In this document: one piece after another, positions 16,763 to 29,397 of the stretch
Numbering within the stretch: the first letter of the stretch is position 1
How the letters are laid out: each line of letters begins with the position of its first letter
DNA from: Eledone cirrhosa
Taxonomy: Eukaryota
Reading direction: 5' to 3'
DNA length: 64,000 nt
Assembly (NCBI GenBank): GCA_964016885.1
Contig: OZ024740.1
Coordinates: 115,630,001-115,694,000, forward strand
The notes under the pieces: generated by a model
The model's input: only the letters and a program-made list of their open reading frames with translations
Told to the model about the DNA's origin: nothing
Database searches by the model: none
Translations under genes and position numbers: made by a program

Positions 16763-17741
16763 AGCCATGGGTACAAGAATGGGCCCAAACTATGCCAACC
16801 TTTTTGTTGGCCATGTTGAGGCCCAAATCTTTGCCCAGTACACCGGCTCCACGCCCGAACTGTACGGTCGTTACATCGACGACTGTATCGGAGCCACGAC
16901 CCTGACTCGAGAACAGCTCGACTCCTTTCTCTCCTTCTTCTGCTCCTTCCACCCCTCCCTCCACTTCACCGCCTCTATCTCCACCACCCACGTCCACTTC
17001 TTAGACATCTCCGTCGCCTTCGACCGCTCCCACTACTCCCTCGTCACCTCCGCCTTCTTCAAACCCACCGACTCCCACTCCGACCTCGACTGCACCTCTT
17101 CCCACCCAACACACACTAAATACTCTATTCCCTACTCCCAACTCCTCAGGATCCGCCGCCTCTGTAGACGAGATGCTGACTTTGAGTCCCAGGCCCTTTC
17201 CCTAGTCAGCCATTTCATCCGCAGAGGTTACCCCCCCCCCTCTCTCTCTCGTCCACACCGCTCTCACCCGCGCCCGTGCTGTCAACCGCTCCACCACCCT
17301 CACCCCACGCCACCGCACACCCACCGTCTCCCCTCCCACATCACCTACCACCCCTCCACCATACCCCTTCACCGCACCATCCTCCGCCTCTTCCGACGCC
17401 TCCAGTCTGCCCCCTCCACCTCCCACATCTTCCCAGCCCCACCACTCCCCTCCTTCAAACGCGCACGCAATCTCCGCACCCTCTTCGTCCACAGCTTCCT
17501 ACCCCCCAACCCATGCTCTCCCCCCCCCCGATTCCCTTCCCTGTTCCAGGCCCCGTTGCAACACCTGTCCCCACATCTGTCCCCCCATGCCCATGGACAT
17601 TCCGCGCACCACCTCACAGTCTGTGGCCTACTCCAATGCCACGGAACACCCGCCACTCTCCTCAGGGTCGAACAACGAACCATCTTCACCCTACAGACCT
17701 ACACTCCCCCCGGCCTGAACTCCCCACCCTTATTCCTTTAG
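16763..17741 (+). pseudogene. PLE reverse transcriptase / GIY-YIG endonuclease remnant
   Basis: AMGTRMGPNYANLF, RYIDD, HFLD, KPTD..LD..SSHP...SIPYSQLLRIRRLC and FKRARNLR. CSRPRCNTC in an alternative frame at 17542-17568. EQRTIFTLQTYTPPGLN C-terminus. The GIY/YIG core is deleted. Confidence 0.92.
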
Positions 17742-19152
17742 CCCTCTACCGCCCCCTCCCCCCCACACATATCCCCCACTAACACCACTAACACACCCCT
17801 CCTTTTCACCGCCCACCCCACAACTAACAATACTAACACCTCCACCCCACACCCGACCACCCTTCCCCAACTAACATACTAACATCACTCCTTTCTTCCT
17901 CCCCCCTCCCCTTATCACACGCACACACCCACCGGTACATATATACACGCGCTCACACTAAACACACACCCTACTACCACCACTAACCCTCATCTCCACA
18001 CATCCAACCCACCACCCCACAACTAACATCACTAACACCCCCCGACCTCACTCACACGAACACACACACCCACTTACACCACCCACTCTACACACCCTAC
18101 CACCACTGACCCCCCACTCACACCCGCATTCAACCCTTTCCCCACCACCAGTATACTAACACCCACTAACACCCCCTTCACCACACACACACTCATCCAA
18201 ACACGCACACACACACCAGTACACTACACTCCCTCCACCGGCCCCCACACCCTTCTCTCCCCGCTCCACCCACACCCTTTCTCACACACACACACATCCC
18301 ACTAACACCTCTACTAATACACACACCCCCTCCTCACTCCAACTTTCACACCTACCCATCCTCTCCCCTGTCCACCGCACCTCCGCACACACTGACACAC
18401 TGACTTTCTTCACTTACCATTCTCCCCGACTGCTCCTATGCCCTTATCTCTGATCATCTCCCCGCACACACAGACACACAACCCTCCTCCTGCCTTGACC
18501 CTCTGACCACTTCCTGTTGCGCGCGCACCCCACATCTTCCATCTTCCGACCAACCCAACCACGGATTACACATATTGGACATCGATCCCAAGAATCAACC
18601 ACATCCGAAGGATATTACCCAGCATTCCACCACATCCTCTACGGAACTACCTTAAGGACTCACCCACTGACATAAACTCAAAAAAAAATGTTCCCACACG
18701 CCACCTACATCCACAACACGCATAAACACCACACACACGTGCGTACCACCACATATTTACACACTCAGCCTCCGGAATCCTCTCCCCCCACCCCTCTGAC
18801 CCCTCCCCATCCACACACGCACACACACACCGACCTACACCCCACCCCACACACACCTTTTCCTGAACATGCAACCCCGTACTTCCCCCAACTCTTACTT
18901 TCATATACACACACACACACACCACCTTCAGCCCTCCCCGCTCGGCACCCCGCCTCCCTCTCCCCACTCCACCCGCCACCACCCTACACGCCCCACACCC
19001 TTCCACCACCTGTTTTACTTCATGTTTATTTTTATTTTTATTATGCTTTTATTTTTAATTTCATTTGTACCGTTTCCTCTCACCCCCTTTTTTCTATATG
19101 TCTCTCCACCACTCCCCTACACACCCTTGGAACTCTCTTCCCCTACACTTTT

Positions 19153-19186
19153 CACCTGAAGAAGGGCTTATGCCCGAAACGTCGTT
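19153..19186 (+). ncRNA. Minimal type I hammerhead ribozyme of the PLE pseudo-LTR
   Basis: CTGAAGA-A-GGGC-TTAT-GCCC-GAAA-CG-TC: intact core, 4-bp stem II, palindromic ACGT stem III, GUC triplet. Stem I is very short. Confidence 0.85.
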
Positions 19187-19271
19187 CCCCACCACCACCC
19201 CACTCTCAAGAGCGTGAAACTAATAAACCTTTGTTCGTACTACCTCTCTGTTTTGTTCCCGTTCAATTTTT

Positions 19272-19307
<36 letters not shown>

Positions 19308-19309
19308 AT

Positions 19310-19501
19310 AATAATTGTTTCTACTATTGGCACAAGGCCAGCAAATACCCAGTACATTACTGGTACTTTATTTTATCGACCCCGTAAGGATGAAAGGCAA
19401 AGTTAACCTCGGCGGGATTTGAACTCAGAATGGCAAGGGCCGTAACTCTATGCGCCAAAGCATGGCGTCCGACCCTCTACCGATACTGCCAATTCACCGC
19501 C
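19310..19501 (-). mobile_element. Major tRNA-derived SINE, full length
   Basis: Reverse complement of the family at 15682-15870. Confidence 0.9.
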
Positions 19502-19531
19502 CATATATAGTAATAATAATAAATTTGAAGA

Positions 19532-19764
<233 letters not shown>

Positions 19765-20021
19765 CTTTAGGTTAGTTGGTTCACCACTGGGTAGAATTGG
19801 TCATTCCGTATGGTCAATCTTGGTGTAATATTGGGGAGCGTACTCAACGTAGTGCAGTTCACCCGTCTTCGTTTGTGCAGTTGGTGGTGCGAATACGGAG
19901 TTAATTATAAATAACATAACTTTGAGGGCGACTGGCCGAGGTGAAAGCTGCTAGTTGGTCAGTCGTCCTCTCTGTCTCTGATTTTTCGGACCCATGGTTT
20001 TTACATATTCCTTTGTTATAT

Positions 20022-20071
20022 TTCGAATACCTGATGATATCACCGAATTCATATGGAACCCGGTCATTGAA
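20022..20071 (+). ncRNA. Degenerate hammerhead-like motif in (TA)n-flanked insert 19763-20133
   Basis: CTGATGA-TAT...ATA-TG-GAAC-CCGG-TC (GAAA changed to GAAC); AATAAA at 20085-20090. Confidence 0.45.
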
Positions 20072-20127
20072 ATGATCATAGTGTAATAAACCTTTCAAGG
20101 ATTTACACCAGTCCAGCCTCCTGTTAT

Positions 20128-20165
<38 letters not shown>

Positions 20166-20316
20166 TTTGAATGTGGCAAAGCCGGCCATTTATCGCTCGT
20201 ATACAGGAAAGTGACTGGCCAGTCTGCTGATATGCAAATCCGGCCGATCAGTCACTATATATTTTAGAAAATAGCATATATTTTCACTAGCTTTGACAGT
20301 TGGCAGGTGAACAGTG

Positions 20317-20364
20317 AGCTGTACTGATGAAGGGTGATACCCAGAAACATTAGTGTCTGCAGTT
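20317..20364 (+). ncRNA. Type I hammerhead ribozyme with intact core
   Basis: AGCTGTA-CTGATGA-A-GGGT-GAT-ACCC-A-GAAA-CAT-TA-GTG-TC-TGCAGTT: 7-bp stem I, 4-bp stem II, near-palindromic stem III, GUC triplet. Confidence 0.8.
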
Positions 20365-20554
20365 CTGTTTACATGCCAACAGTTCTGTTTACATGCAAGC
20401 ATGAAGGGTTCATTCTACTTACATTGCTTTAAAAATGAGGCTTGTTTGCATAATTGCAAACGAATCGAATGTTATTATTAATATTCGAAAAACTCAGATT
20501 ACATACATATATATATATTTTTTTTTAAAGTAAACAGGAACAAATATATATATA

Positions 20555-21243
20555 TGAGTACGTAATTGATGGACGAGAGAAAAGAGTACTCAATACAGAA
20601 GTAGAATTTGAATATTCATTTATTTGGTTAAGTGGTGAGTCTTGTTACTCAGGAGTTTCACCAGCTTATCACGGGATCATCAGGCAAGACTAAATTCTCA
20701 ATAGTAGAGACAGTAAAAATGAGGGCAGACTCGGGGGGAGGGGGAGGAGGAGAGAAGAGGTCCTGAAAAGGGGAGGGTTACTTGAAAAGAAGGGAATAAA
20801 TAAGATGAATATAGAATGAAACGGATGGTAGTGGCGATGCGAGGGGAATAGGCCTATGTGAAGAAGGTGATAATGGACGTGTAGTGGGGAGGATGAAGAG
20901 GAAAAAGAAGAATTATTCTTGAAAGTTGGTCAGTTGATATAGATATTTTTACTGAAATAAAGAAGAGAAAGTTAGATAAGATGAACCAGGTCAGTAGCAA
21001 TAGAGAACAGAATACAATTATGATAAGAATCTAGTAGATGATGATGATGATGGTGGATGTGTAGATAAGAATCTAGTAGAAGATGATGGTGATGGATGGT
21101 GATGGAGGAAGGTAGTGAAGAAGAAAAGAAAAAAAATGGTGGAATTTGTACTGTCTGCTAACGAAAATTTAGTCATGTCTGACAATCTTGTGAATGCGCA
21201 GGTGAAACTCCGGTGAAATAAGACTCACCATATTAAATGAATA
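20555..21243 (-). mobile_element. (TA)n-flanked non-coding PLE-like insert with inverted HHR-bearing ends
   Basis: HHR at 20638-20691 (minus), diverged inverted copy at 21171-21243 (plus), AATAAA on minus at 20619-20624, GTATTGAGTAC box at 20586-20596. Confidence 0.65.
20638..20691 (-). ncRNA. Type I hammerhead ribozyme
   Basis: Minus strand AGTCTTG-C-CTGATGA-TCCCG...CTGGT-GAAA-CTC-CT-GAG-TA-A-CAAGACT: 7-bp stem I, 4-bp stem III, GUA triplet. Stem II is imperfect. Confidence 0.72.
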
Positions 21244-21319
21244 TATATGTGTGTGCGTGTGTGTGTGTCTGTCTGTCTCTGTGTGTGTGTAAATGTATAT
21301 ATGTATATATATATATATA

Positions 21320-21677
21320 TAATAAAATATAGAGAAAAATACTGCAGGTAGCACATGGATAACATGTAATAAAATGAGTCCCTCATCAGTGATTTGCCGA
21401 CGATCATCGATATTTCATTGCATTAAAAATCATATACCTCACGTCGGTGCAATAATAACCAAAATAAGTTATTAGGACAATTGAAACGCGTAAAGCGAGT
21501 GAGACAGGAGAACAACACAGAGTAAAGCTAACCGTAGGGGAAAGAAACAAGCTTCAAAATTATTCTGTTTAGCATAAGCTAGGTGAATATATGAGCTTTT
21601 AGAAAACAGACCTGACACGAACTCTGGCCATGTGAGAAGAGAGAAAAATAGCCTTCGTGGTGTGCAGGATGAAATGA

Positions 21678-21680
<3 letters not shown>
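21320..21680 (-). mobile_element. (TA)n-flanked repeat homologous to 1-390, with a degenerate HHR at 21396-21448
   Basis: Minus strand ACCGAC-GTGAGGT...GAAA-TATCGATGA-TC-GTCGGC. Confidence 0.6.
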
Positions 21681-21729
<49 letters not shown>

Positions 21730-21734
21730 TGTAA

Positions 21735-21910
21735 ATGTGGTTGGTGTTAGGAAGGGCATCAATCTGTAAAATTCCTAGCCAAATCTACAATCCTTGTCGG
21801 AGCTAGGTACGGCGTGCCCAACTCTGGCCAGACGTGTATCCCAACGTGGACGACCCGTCTAACCCATGCAAGCATGGAAAAATGAACGCTAAACGATGAT
21901 AATGATGATA
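21735..21910 (+). mobile_element. SINE/LINE 3' tail fragment ending in (GAT)n
   Basis: ggttggtgttaggaagggcatc...acccatgcaagcatggaaaa...aaacgatgataatgatga. Confidence 0.5.
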
Positions 21911-22319
21911 AACACACCACATTGCAAAACCCTAATCCTCACATCGGAAATCTCCAACGGTTGTCTCAAAGACGGAAATATTTACATTTCGGAAAGTACC
22001 TTCTTGGAAACTGGTAAATCCAACACCACCTCTTGGACCATCCCTCAACAAGTTAGCGACATACATTATTAAATAGCTCCCATTGTAATCAGTGATCACA
22101 CACACAGTTTCACGCTGAAGTACGTCAGACTACGGGGCAAGCAGATGACTCAAGCATGGGCGTACGATTTTGAAGGAGGCCAACTCCCCTCAACTTTTAA
22201 TTCTTTTATTGTTCTGTTAATTGTAAGTACACTACATTCACGGTTACTAACCTTTTCTTTACCAAGGGCCTTTTTTATTTAAATGAACTTCCTCAAGCCC
22301 CTCCCCACGACGCTGCAAT

Positions 22320-22470
22320 TCTTATTCTTCTTCGCCCACTTATTCCTGAGAGGGTCGTGGGGCAGAGTCCTTAAACACTCCTTCCAGCGAATCCTGTCAG
22401 AAGCAATCGTCTCCAACTGATCCGGCTGGATCCCTAAGCGTGACCAGCCAAGCTCATGGATGTTATCCAA
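22320..22470 (-). mobile_element. RTE-clade LINE 3' end; same family as 33535-34000 and 39660-39866
   Basis: DNIHELGWSRLGIQPDQLETIASDRIRWKECLR followed by a GAA-like tail. Confidence 0.75.
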
Positions 22471-23071
22471 CCCAACAATAAAAAAAGTGAAATGTTTATA
22501 CTTAGAGAAAAATGGATACCCAATAGCATATGCATATTATTTTTATAACTAAGTACTTAAAAATGTAAATTCCAGTACAACATTTACGGACCCTAGGATG
22601 GTAACCGCTATGTACGCGTAAATATACAAATAGCCCATACATAACTCCAATGTATTTGACACTGATCACTAAAATTCTAAATGAGCCATGTGAAATGGGT
22701 GGGGTCTTATATTTAATATCTGGCTTGTGTCTATTATCAGCTTTGTCGGGGCGTGCGAAGGTATTGGGGTGAACGGAAATACAATTACAGCAGAAAAAAT
22801 GTTTCACTTTTGACGAGCAAAAAAGGTTTAAATGGGAATTTTAGGGATTTCGGTGTATTTTTCTGACGTTTTGTAATAGACTTTTGTTTTCCTTAAACGT
22901 GTTTTTCTTGTAGGTTTCTACTGTTTTAAAGAAATTACCTTTTAAAAGAAACAAGAGAGGGACAAGATAGATAAAGAGAAAAGAAGGAGAGTGAGAGAAA
23001 GAGAAGGGAAATAAAGATGAAGAGAGAAAGAAATAGAAGGATAAATAGATAGATAGATAGATAGATAGATA

Positions 23072-24650
23072 TATTTCTTTATTAGCCACAAGGGCGCACA
23101 AGAAAAGGGGACAATACAAAGACATGCCGGGGATTTTACATAACTCGTGTAAAAAATATAAAAACAAACAATTACAACAATCGAAATCCCCAATGGGGAG
23201 GAGGCGCCACAAATGGGTTGTTTAATACCCCGTCGATAGAACAACCCTCAACTCCAGGAGCGTGTTGTGCAAGTGCTCCTTTCTTCCTTTTGCTCCCTTC
23301 CTCAACCTACAGGTTTATATACAGAGAAGGTCCAATCACTCGGGCCATTTTTGCTTCATGCACCCACCTTTCAGTAAATTTACTGGGGTGCAGGGCCTCT
23401 CTCTCCATCCACCCTGATTCTCCTTCTAAAGTGATACTTAAAGAAGGGAATCAATTGTTGTCCGGAGAGAAAGGCATCTGTCCTCAATCCTTTCAACCTC
23501 GTCCACCATATAACTTCTTTCACCATAGCCACCGTACATAGGAAAACCGCCTCTCTTTCGTTTTTGAAAGAGGCTGGTGGTTTGATCCTTACTATAGACT
23601 CGGCAGTCAACTGGATTTGTCCCATACGCGACAGCAGTTGTTTTGCATAGTTCCACAGGTCAGTTACGCCGGGCAGTGTACAATTGCGTGCAGGACTGTT
23701 TCAATGTCCTGCTCGCATCTTCGACACGTGCTCTTGGAAGGATCCCTGCCGGGGCGTCCGTGCCTGTAGATCTTGTCACGAACCGGTAGAGCTCCTCGGT
23801 AGCACTGCCAGGCCAGGGACCTCTGGAAGTTGTCCATAGGTTCCGGGCGGAAAGTTCTACGGAACAGACTGGTGAGCTCATCGTCTTCGACGCCCAGAGT
23901 CTCTCCGAGCACGTCGTCGCCCTTGTAACGTACAATCCCTCTATAGAATGTCGAAGTGGAGTCTCCACTGATTGCTGCGCCCGCTTGCCAGAGGACTGTG
24001 AGAGCCTGAGCGCATTTTATGTGCCAGGCGCCCATCGTTTTCGGTCTTTTCTGCAGCTCCGTCAGCGAGACGAGCTGTGGGAAAGCCTGTCTCACAAACG
24101 GTGCCCACACCGGTAGGGGGTCGGTGAGGAATACCTAGAGATGCCGCAGCCTCAGCGCATGTTTGCGCATCATCAGCCACAGCCCTCCGTTGGAAGGGTG
24201 CTGACAGCAGACGGATCTCCTCACCAGCGGAGCCTACTTTTTCCACAGAAACTGGAAGAGCATGCGTTCTATCTTGGCGAGGTGTTCACGGGATAAGGCA
24301 CGACAGTCAAGCAGTAGTAGATGACGGACGCTATGAAAGTGTTCGCCACCTCCGCTCGACCTTTCAAGGACAGTTTGCACTCTGCCCACTTCTGGGTGAG
24401 TGCAAACACCTTGGCCGTGACCTCGTTCCAGTTTTTCTCCACCTGGAGGTCTGAACCGAACCAGACCCCAAACAATTTCACCGCTCCGTCTGTCCAGCGT
24501 CTAACGACGCTGTCGGACGTCATCGGTTTGCCTCTCCACGTACCGAGTTGCAAACCGACAAACTTGTCCGGGTTTAGTTTTGATCCCGTCAGCGTTTCGT
24601 ATTCTTTCAGTAAGTTGCCGATCACCCCGATTTCCGAGGTGCTCGACACC
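23072..24650 (-). mobile_element. Tx1/L1-clade LINE, 5'-truncated copy A
   Basis: LKEYETLTGSKLNPDK, VKLFGVWFG, LSLKGRAEVANTFIASVIYY and CCHC finger CRRCEQDIETVLHAIVHC. The 3' UTR ends AATAAAGAAAT into (CTAT)n; (GATA)n on both sides. Confidence 0.9.
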
Positions 24651-24674
24651 AAGATAGATAGATAGATAGATAGA

Positions 24675-26105
24675 TTTCTTTATTTGCCTCAAGGGCGCAA
24701 GGGCGCACAAGAAAAGGGGACAATACAAAGACACATGCCGGGGATTTTACATAGAGTCGTGTAAAAATATTTAAACAAACAATTATAACAATCGAAATCC
24801 CCAATAGGGGGGAGGCGTCATAAATGGGTTGTTTAATACCCCGTTGATAGAACAACCCTCAACTTCAGGAGCGTGTTGTGCAAGTGCTCCTTTCTTCCTT
24901 TTGCTCTCTTCTTTAACCTACCGGCTTATAAACAGAGAAAGCCCAATCACTCGGGCCATTTTCGCTTCATTTACCCACATTTCAGTAAATTTACTGGGGT
25001 GCAGTACCTCTCTCTCCACTCTGATTCTCCTTCTAAAGTGATACTTAAAGAGGGGAATCAATTGTTCTCCGGAGAGAAAGGCATCTGTCCTCAGTCCTCT
25101 CAATCTCATCCACCATGTAACCTCTTAGCCACTGTACATAGGAAAACCGCTTCTCTTTCGTTTTTGAAAGAGGCTGGCGGTTTGATCCTTACTGAGGACT
25201 CGGCAGTCAACTGGATTTGTCCCATACATGACATCAGTTGTTCTGCATAGTTCCACAGGTCGCTTACGCCCGGGCAGTGTACAATTGCGTGCAAGACGGT
25301 TTCAATGTCCTGCTCGCATCTTCGACACGTGCTCTTGGAAGGATCCCTGCCGAGGCGTCCGTGCCTGTAGATTTTGTCTCGAACTGGTAGAGCTCTTCGG
25401 TAGCACTGCCAGGCCAGGGACCTCTGGAAGTTGTCCATAGGTCCCGGGCGGAAAGTCCTACGGAACAGACTGGTGAGCTCATCGTCTTCGACGCCTAGAG
25501 TCTCCCCGAACACGTTGTCGCACTTGTAAAGTACTAACCTTCTATAGAATGTCGAAGTGGAGTCTCCACTGATTGCTGCGCCCGCTTGTCAGAGGACTGT
25601 GAGCGCCTGATCGCATTCAATGTGCCAGGCCCCAATCGTTTTCGGTCTTTTCTTGACCCAGGACTGCAGCTCCGTCAGCGAGACGAGCTGTGGGAAGGCC
25701 TGTCTCACAAACGGTGCCCACACCGGTTAGAGGTCGTTGAGGCATACCTGGAGATGCCCTAGCCTCAACGCATATTTGCGCATCATTAGCCACGGCATGC
25801 CCAGCCCTCCGTTGGAAGGGTGTTGACAGCAGACGGATCTCCTCACCAGTAGAGCCTGCTTCTTCCACATGAGCTGGAAGAGCATGCGTTCCATCTTGGT
25901 GGGGTATTCACGGGGACAAGGCACGACAGTCAAGCGGTAGTAGATGACGGACGCTATGAAAGTGTTCGCCACCTCCGCTCGACCTTTCAAAGACAGTTTT
26001 CGCTCTGCCCACTTCTGGGTGAGCGCAAATACCTTGGCCGTGACCTCGTTCCAGTTTTTCTCCACCTGGAAGTCTGGACCGAACCAGACCCCGAGCAATT
26101 TCACG
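24675..26105 (-). mobile_element. Tx1/L1-clade LINE, 5'-truncated copy B
   Basis: VKLLGVWFGPD...WAERKLSLKGRAEVANTF...GGLGMP, CCHC finger, same 3' end into (CTAT)n. Confidence 0.9.
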
Positions 26106-26449
26106 ATAGCTTGATAGATGGATTGACAGACAGACATATAGATAGATAGATATATTGATAAATAGATTGGTAGATAGAGGGAGAACAGAGAGAAAAACAA
26201 ATGTATAGATAGATAGATTTCTTTATTTGCCACAAGAGCGCACAAGAAAAGGGGACAATACAAAGACGTATGCCGGGGATTTTACATACAATCCTGTAAA
26301 AAATGTTAACATAAATTCAACAATCGAAATCCCCAATAGGGGAGAGGCGTTACAAATGGGTTGTTTTATACTCCGTAGATAGAACAACCCTCAACTCCAG
26401 GAGCGTGTTGTGCAAGTGATCCTTTCTTCCTTTTGGATTCTTCTTCAAC

Positions 26450-28330
26450 CTACGGGTTTATATACAGAGAAGGCTCAATCACTCGGGCCATTTTTGCTAC
26501 ATTCACCCACCTTTCAGTAAATTTACTGGGGTGCAGTACCTCTCTCTCCAATCTTATTCTCCTTCTAAAGTGGTACCTAGAGAAGGGAATGAGGTGTTGT
26601 CCGGAGAGAAAGGCATCTGTCCTCAGTCCTCTCAATCTTGTCCACCATATAACCTCTTTTACCATAGCCACGATACAGAGGAAAACCGCCTCTCCTTCGT
26701 TTTTGAAGGAGGGTGGCGGTTTGATCATGACAATGGACTCGGTGGTCAACTGGATTGGTCCCACCCGCGACAATAGTCGTTCTACATAGCCCCACAGGTC
26801 GGTAAGGCCCGAGCAGTGTACAAATGCGTGCGCGACGGTTTCCTCGTCGCGCACGCATCTCGGACAGATCTTTTTTGAAGGGTCCCTGCCCGAGCGCCCG
26901 TGTCTGTAGAGCTTGTCTCGAACTGGTAGAGCTCCTCGGTAGCACTGCCAGGCCAGAGACTTTTGGAAGTTGTTCATCGGTCCCAGGCTTAAGGTTCTAC
27001 CGAACTGACTGGACAATTCGTCTTCCTCTACGCCTAGAGTTTCTCCGAGCGCGTCGTCTCACTTGCTGCGGACCAACCTTCTATAGAATGACGCAGTGGA
27101 GTCTCCACTGATCGCCGGGTCCGCCTGCCAGAGGGCTGTGAGCGCCTGAGCACATTCGATGTGCCAGTCGCCCATTTTCCTTAGTCTTTGCTTGACCCAG
27201 GACTGCAGCTCGGTCAGCGAGACGAGTCGTGGGAATGCTCGCCTCTCGAATGGGGCCCACACTGGTGTGCGTGTTTGCGCATCGTCAGCCAGGGCATCCC
27301 CAGCCCTCCGTTTGAAGGCTGTTGGCAGCAGATGGATCGTCTCACCAAAGGAGCCCGTTTCTTCCAAAGGAATTGGATGAGCGCGCGCTCCATTTTGGTG
27401 AGCGTTTTGGCTGGACAAGGCACGACAGTCAAGCGGTAGTAGACGACGGACGCTATAAAAGTGTCGCCACCTCCGCTCGACCTTTTAAGGATAGTTTGCA
27501 CTCGGCCCACTTCTGGGTGAACGCAAACACCTTAGCCGTGACCTCGTTGCAGTTCTTCTCCACCTGGAGGTCCGGACCAAACCAGACCCCGAGCAGCTTT
27601 AGCGGTCCTTCCGTCCAGCGTCCGACGACGTCTTCGTTTTGCCTCTCCACGTTCCGAGTTGCAAACCGACGGATTTGTCCCGATTCAGCTTCGCTCCTGT
27701 GAACCTTTCGTATTCCTTCAGTAAGGTGCCGACCTCCCCGATTTGCGAGGTGCTCGAGACCATTACTGTCACGTCGTCGACGTAGGCCGACGCCGCTTTT
27801 CACAGTCCTGGTTCCAAAGGGGTGCCATGCAATAGCTCCAACATCCGCAGTAGTGGCTCGAGAGTCAGTACGTACAGAAGGGAGGAGAGAGGGCATCCCT
27901 GTCGGATGGATCGCGTGATATGGAACGGTCCCTTGAGCAGATGTTGCTGCTGTGCATTGCAGCAATCCAGCCCCTGTAGAGCCTCCAGGAGACCGGAGAA
28001 CAAGTCCGGCATTGCTACATAAAATTCGTAGGGAAGACCGGAGAACAATTCCGGCATTGCTACATAAAATTCGTAGGGAAGACCGTCGAGACCCGGAGAT
28101 TTGCATTTGCCGCATTGGCTCAGCGCTTCCCCTATCTCAGCGGCCGAAATCGGCCTTTCGCAGAACTTCGCCTCGCTGTCCGAGAGTCGCGGTAGGCCGT
28201 CGAGGTATGGACCGAAATCCATAGCCCCTCCCGGCGCGCCGCCCTGCCCGAACAGTTAAGCAAAGTGCCGCTGAAAGGCCGCGCACATCTGCTTCGGCTC
28301 ACGTATCACGCGTCCGTCTTGGTCCTTCAA
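26450..28330 (-). pseudogene. LINE ORF2 RT and C-terminal region, frameshifted and deleted
   Basis: KSPGLDGLPYEFY, SIRQGCPLSSLLYVLTLEPLL, YVDD at 27773-27784, CPRCVRDEETVAHAFVHC. The central RT segment is missing. Confidence 0.9.
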
Positions 28331-29397
28331 AGACCGAATCGTGCACGTATTTTGCTTCTGTCAACGCAGCCTTCATGCTTTGCGTCGAAGAACTGGTCCA
28401 AGGCCGTTCTCGTCGCTAGCACGCTGGCTACGTTGCCACTCCTAAGTGCCTCCTCTACCTTATCTACCAGTTCCTTCTCGGTCTTATTTCTATCTAACAC
28501 TAATTCTTTACTAAAACCTATCGAGTCTAATCTAAATGCCCTCCTGAGAGAGCACCACCATCTGCTGTTGACAATGGCCCCCGTCAAGTGCTGCTTAACT
28601 AAAGTGCTAATCCGTCTACTGTAGGCTTTGCATGTCGGTAATGACAAGTTCAGCTTCCAGTAGTCGGGTCCCTGTCTATGGGTTTTGTCAAGGTTTCCTA
28701 AGCAGGTCACTAATTTGTGATCTGAATAGGCAACCATGAACATTTGTGGACAGCTTAATATGTCCCTATCCTTCTTTCTAACTAGAACCCTATCTAGGTA
28801 CGATCTAGATGTTCCGCTACGATTAGTCCACGTCCACAGTGGCACAGTCGGAAAATCTAGTCGATATCTATCGGCCAGGTCAAATCGGCCGATTAACTGT
28901 TTGAGGCTGTTACATCCCCCTTTATCGGGACATTCTCCTACATAGTCCCAACGTGCATCTAGAATTCCATTCCAGTTCCCCACTAAAAGCCAGGAGCGGG
29001 ACGTTCCCAGAAAAGTCTCTAGACGTTTGAAGAAGTCTGGCCGCAGGGTCCCGGATGGGGCATATGCGGCCACCAGCCTGAAGGCTCCACCTTCACTACC
29101 GTCAACGTCTAGGACCACCAGTCGACCCTCCGGGTCCAGGTGTACCGTCTGTGCTACGAGGTTCAGGTGTTTCCGCAACAAAACGGCAACCCCGCCCCCA
29201 CCTCCTGGCTGACAGAGAGATGCGTAGATCTCAAAGTCGTCGAAGATGGGGGCCAGTTGTCGCTCGCTGTGGATCCTGGACTCGCAAATGGCCACTACAT
29301 CCATACTGTGCGACCTGAGATCGTTTGAGAGTTTGCTCTGTTTCCAGGGCATCCCCAGGCCGCGTACATTCACACATCCAACTCTTATATTGGCCAT
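28327..29397 (-). CDS. LINE ORF2 apurinic-like endonuclease domain (356-aa open frame, truncated ORF2)
   Basis: CVNVRGL, VVAICES, GGGVAVLL, AAYAP, LVGNWN, WTW, SYLDRVLV, SDHK, WKLN. Confidence 0.93.
   Translation of the reverse strand: MANIRVGCVNVRGLGMPWKQSKLSNDLRSHSMDVVAICESRIHSERQLAPIFDDFEIYASLCQPGGGGGVAVLLRKHLNLVAQTVHLDPEGRLVVLDVDGSEGGAFRLVAAYAPSGTLRPDFFKRLETFLGTSRSWLLVGNWNGILDARWDYVGECPDKGGCNSLKQLIGRFDLADRYRLDFPTVPLWTWTNRSGTSRSYLDRVLVRKKDRDILSCPQMFMVAYSDHKLVTCLGNLDKTHRQGPDYWKLNLSLPTCKAYSRRISTLVKQHLTGAIVNSRWWCSLRRAFRLDSIGFSKELVLDRNKTEKELVDKVEEALRSGNVASVLATRTALDQFFDAKHEGCVDRSKIRARFGL

Larger units (their letters stand above)
16763..19275 (+). mobile_element. 5'-truncated Penelope-like retroelement (Neptune type) inserted in (TA)n
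   Basis: RT, thumb, Cys linker and GIY-YIG C-terminus; long C/A-rich 3' region; hammerhead at 19153-19186; AATAAA at 19222-19227; (TA)n on both sides. Confidence 0.92.

Noticed and set aside
21915-22130. Non-repetitive stretch as a possible minus-strand exon
   Set aside because: Stops in the frames examined, no clear splice pair and no recognisable protein.
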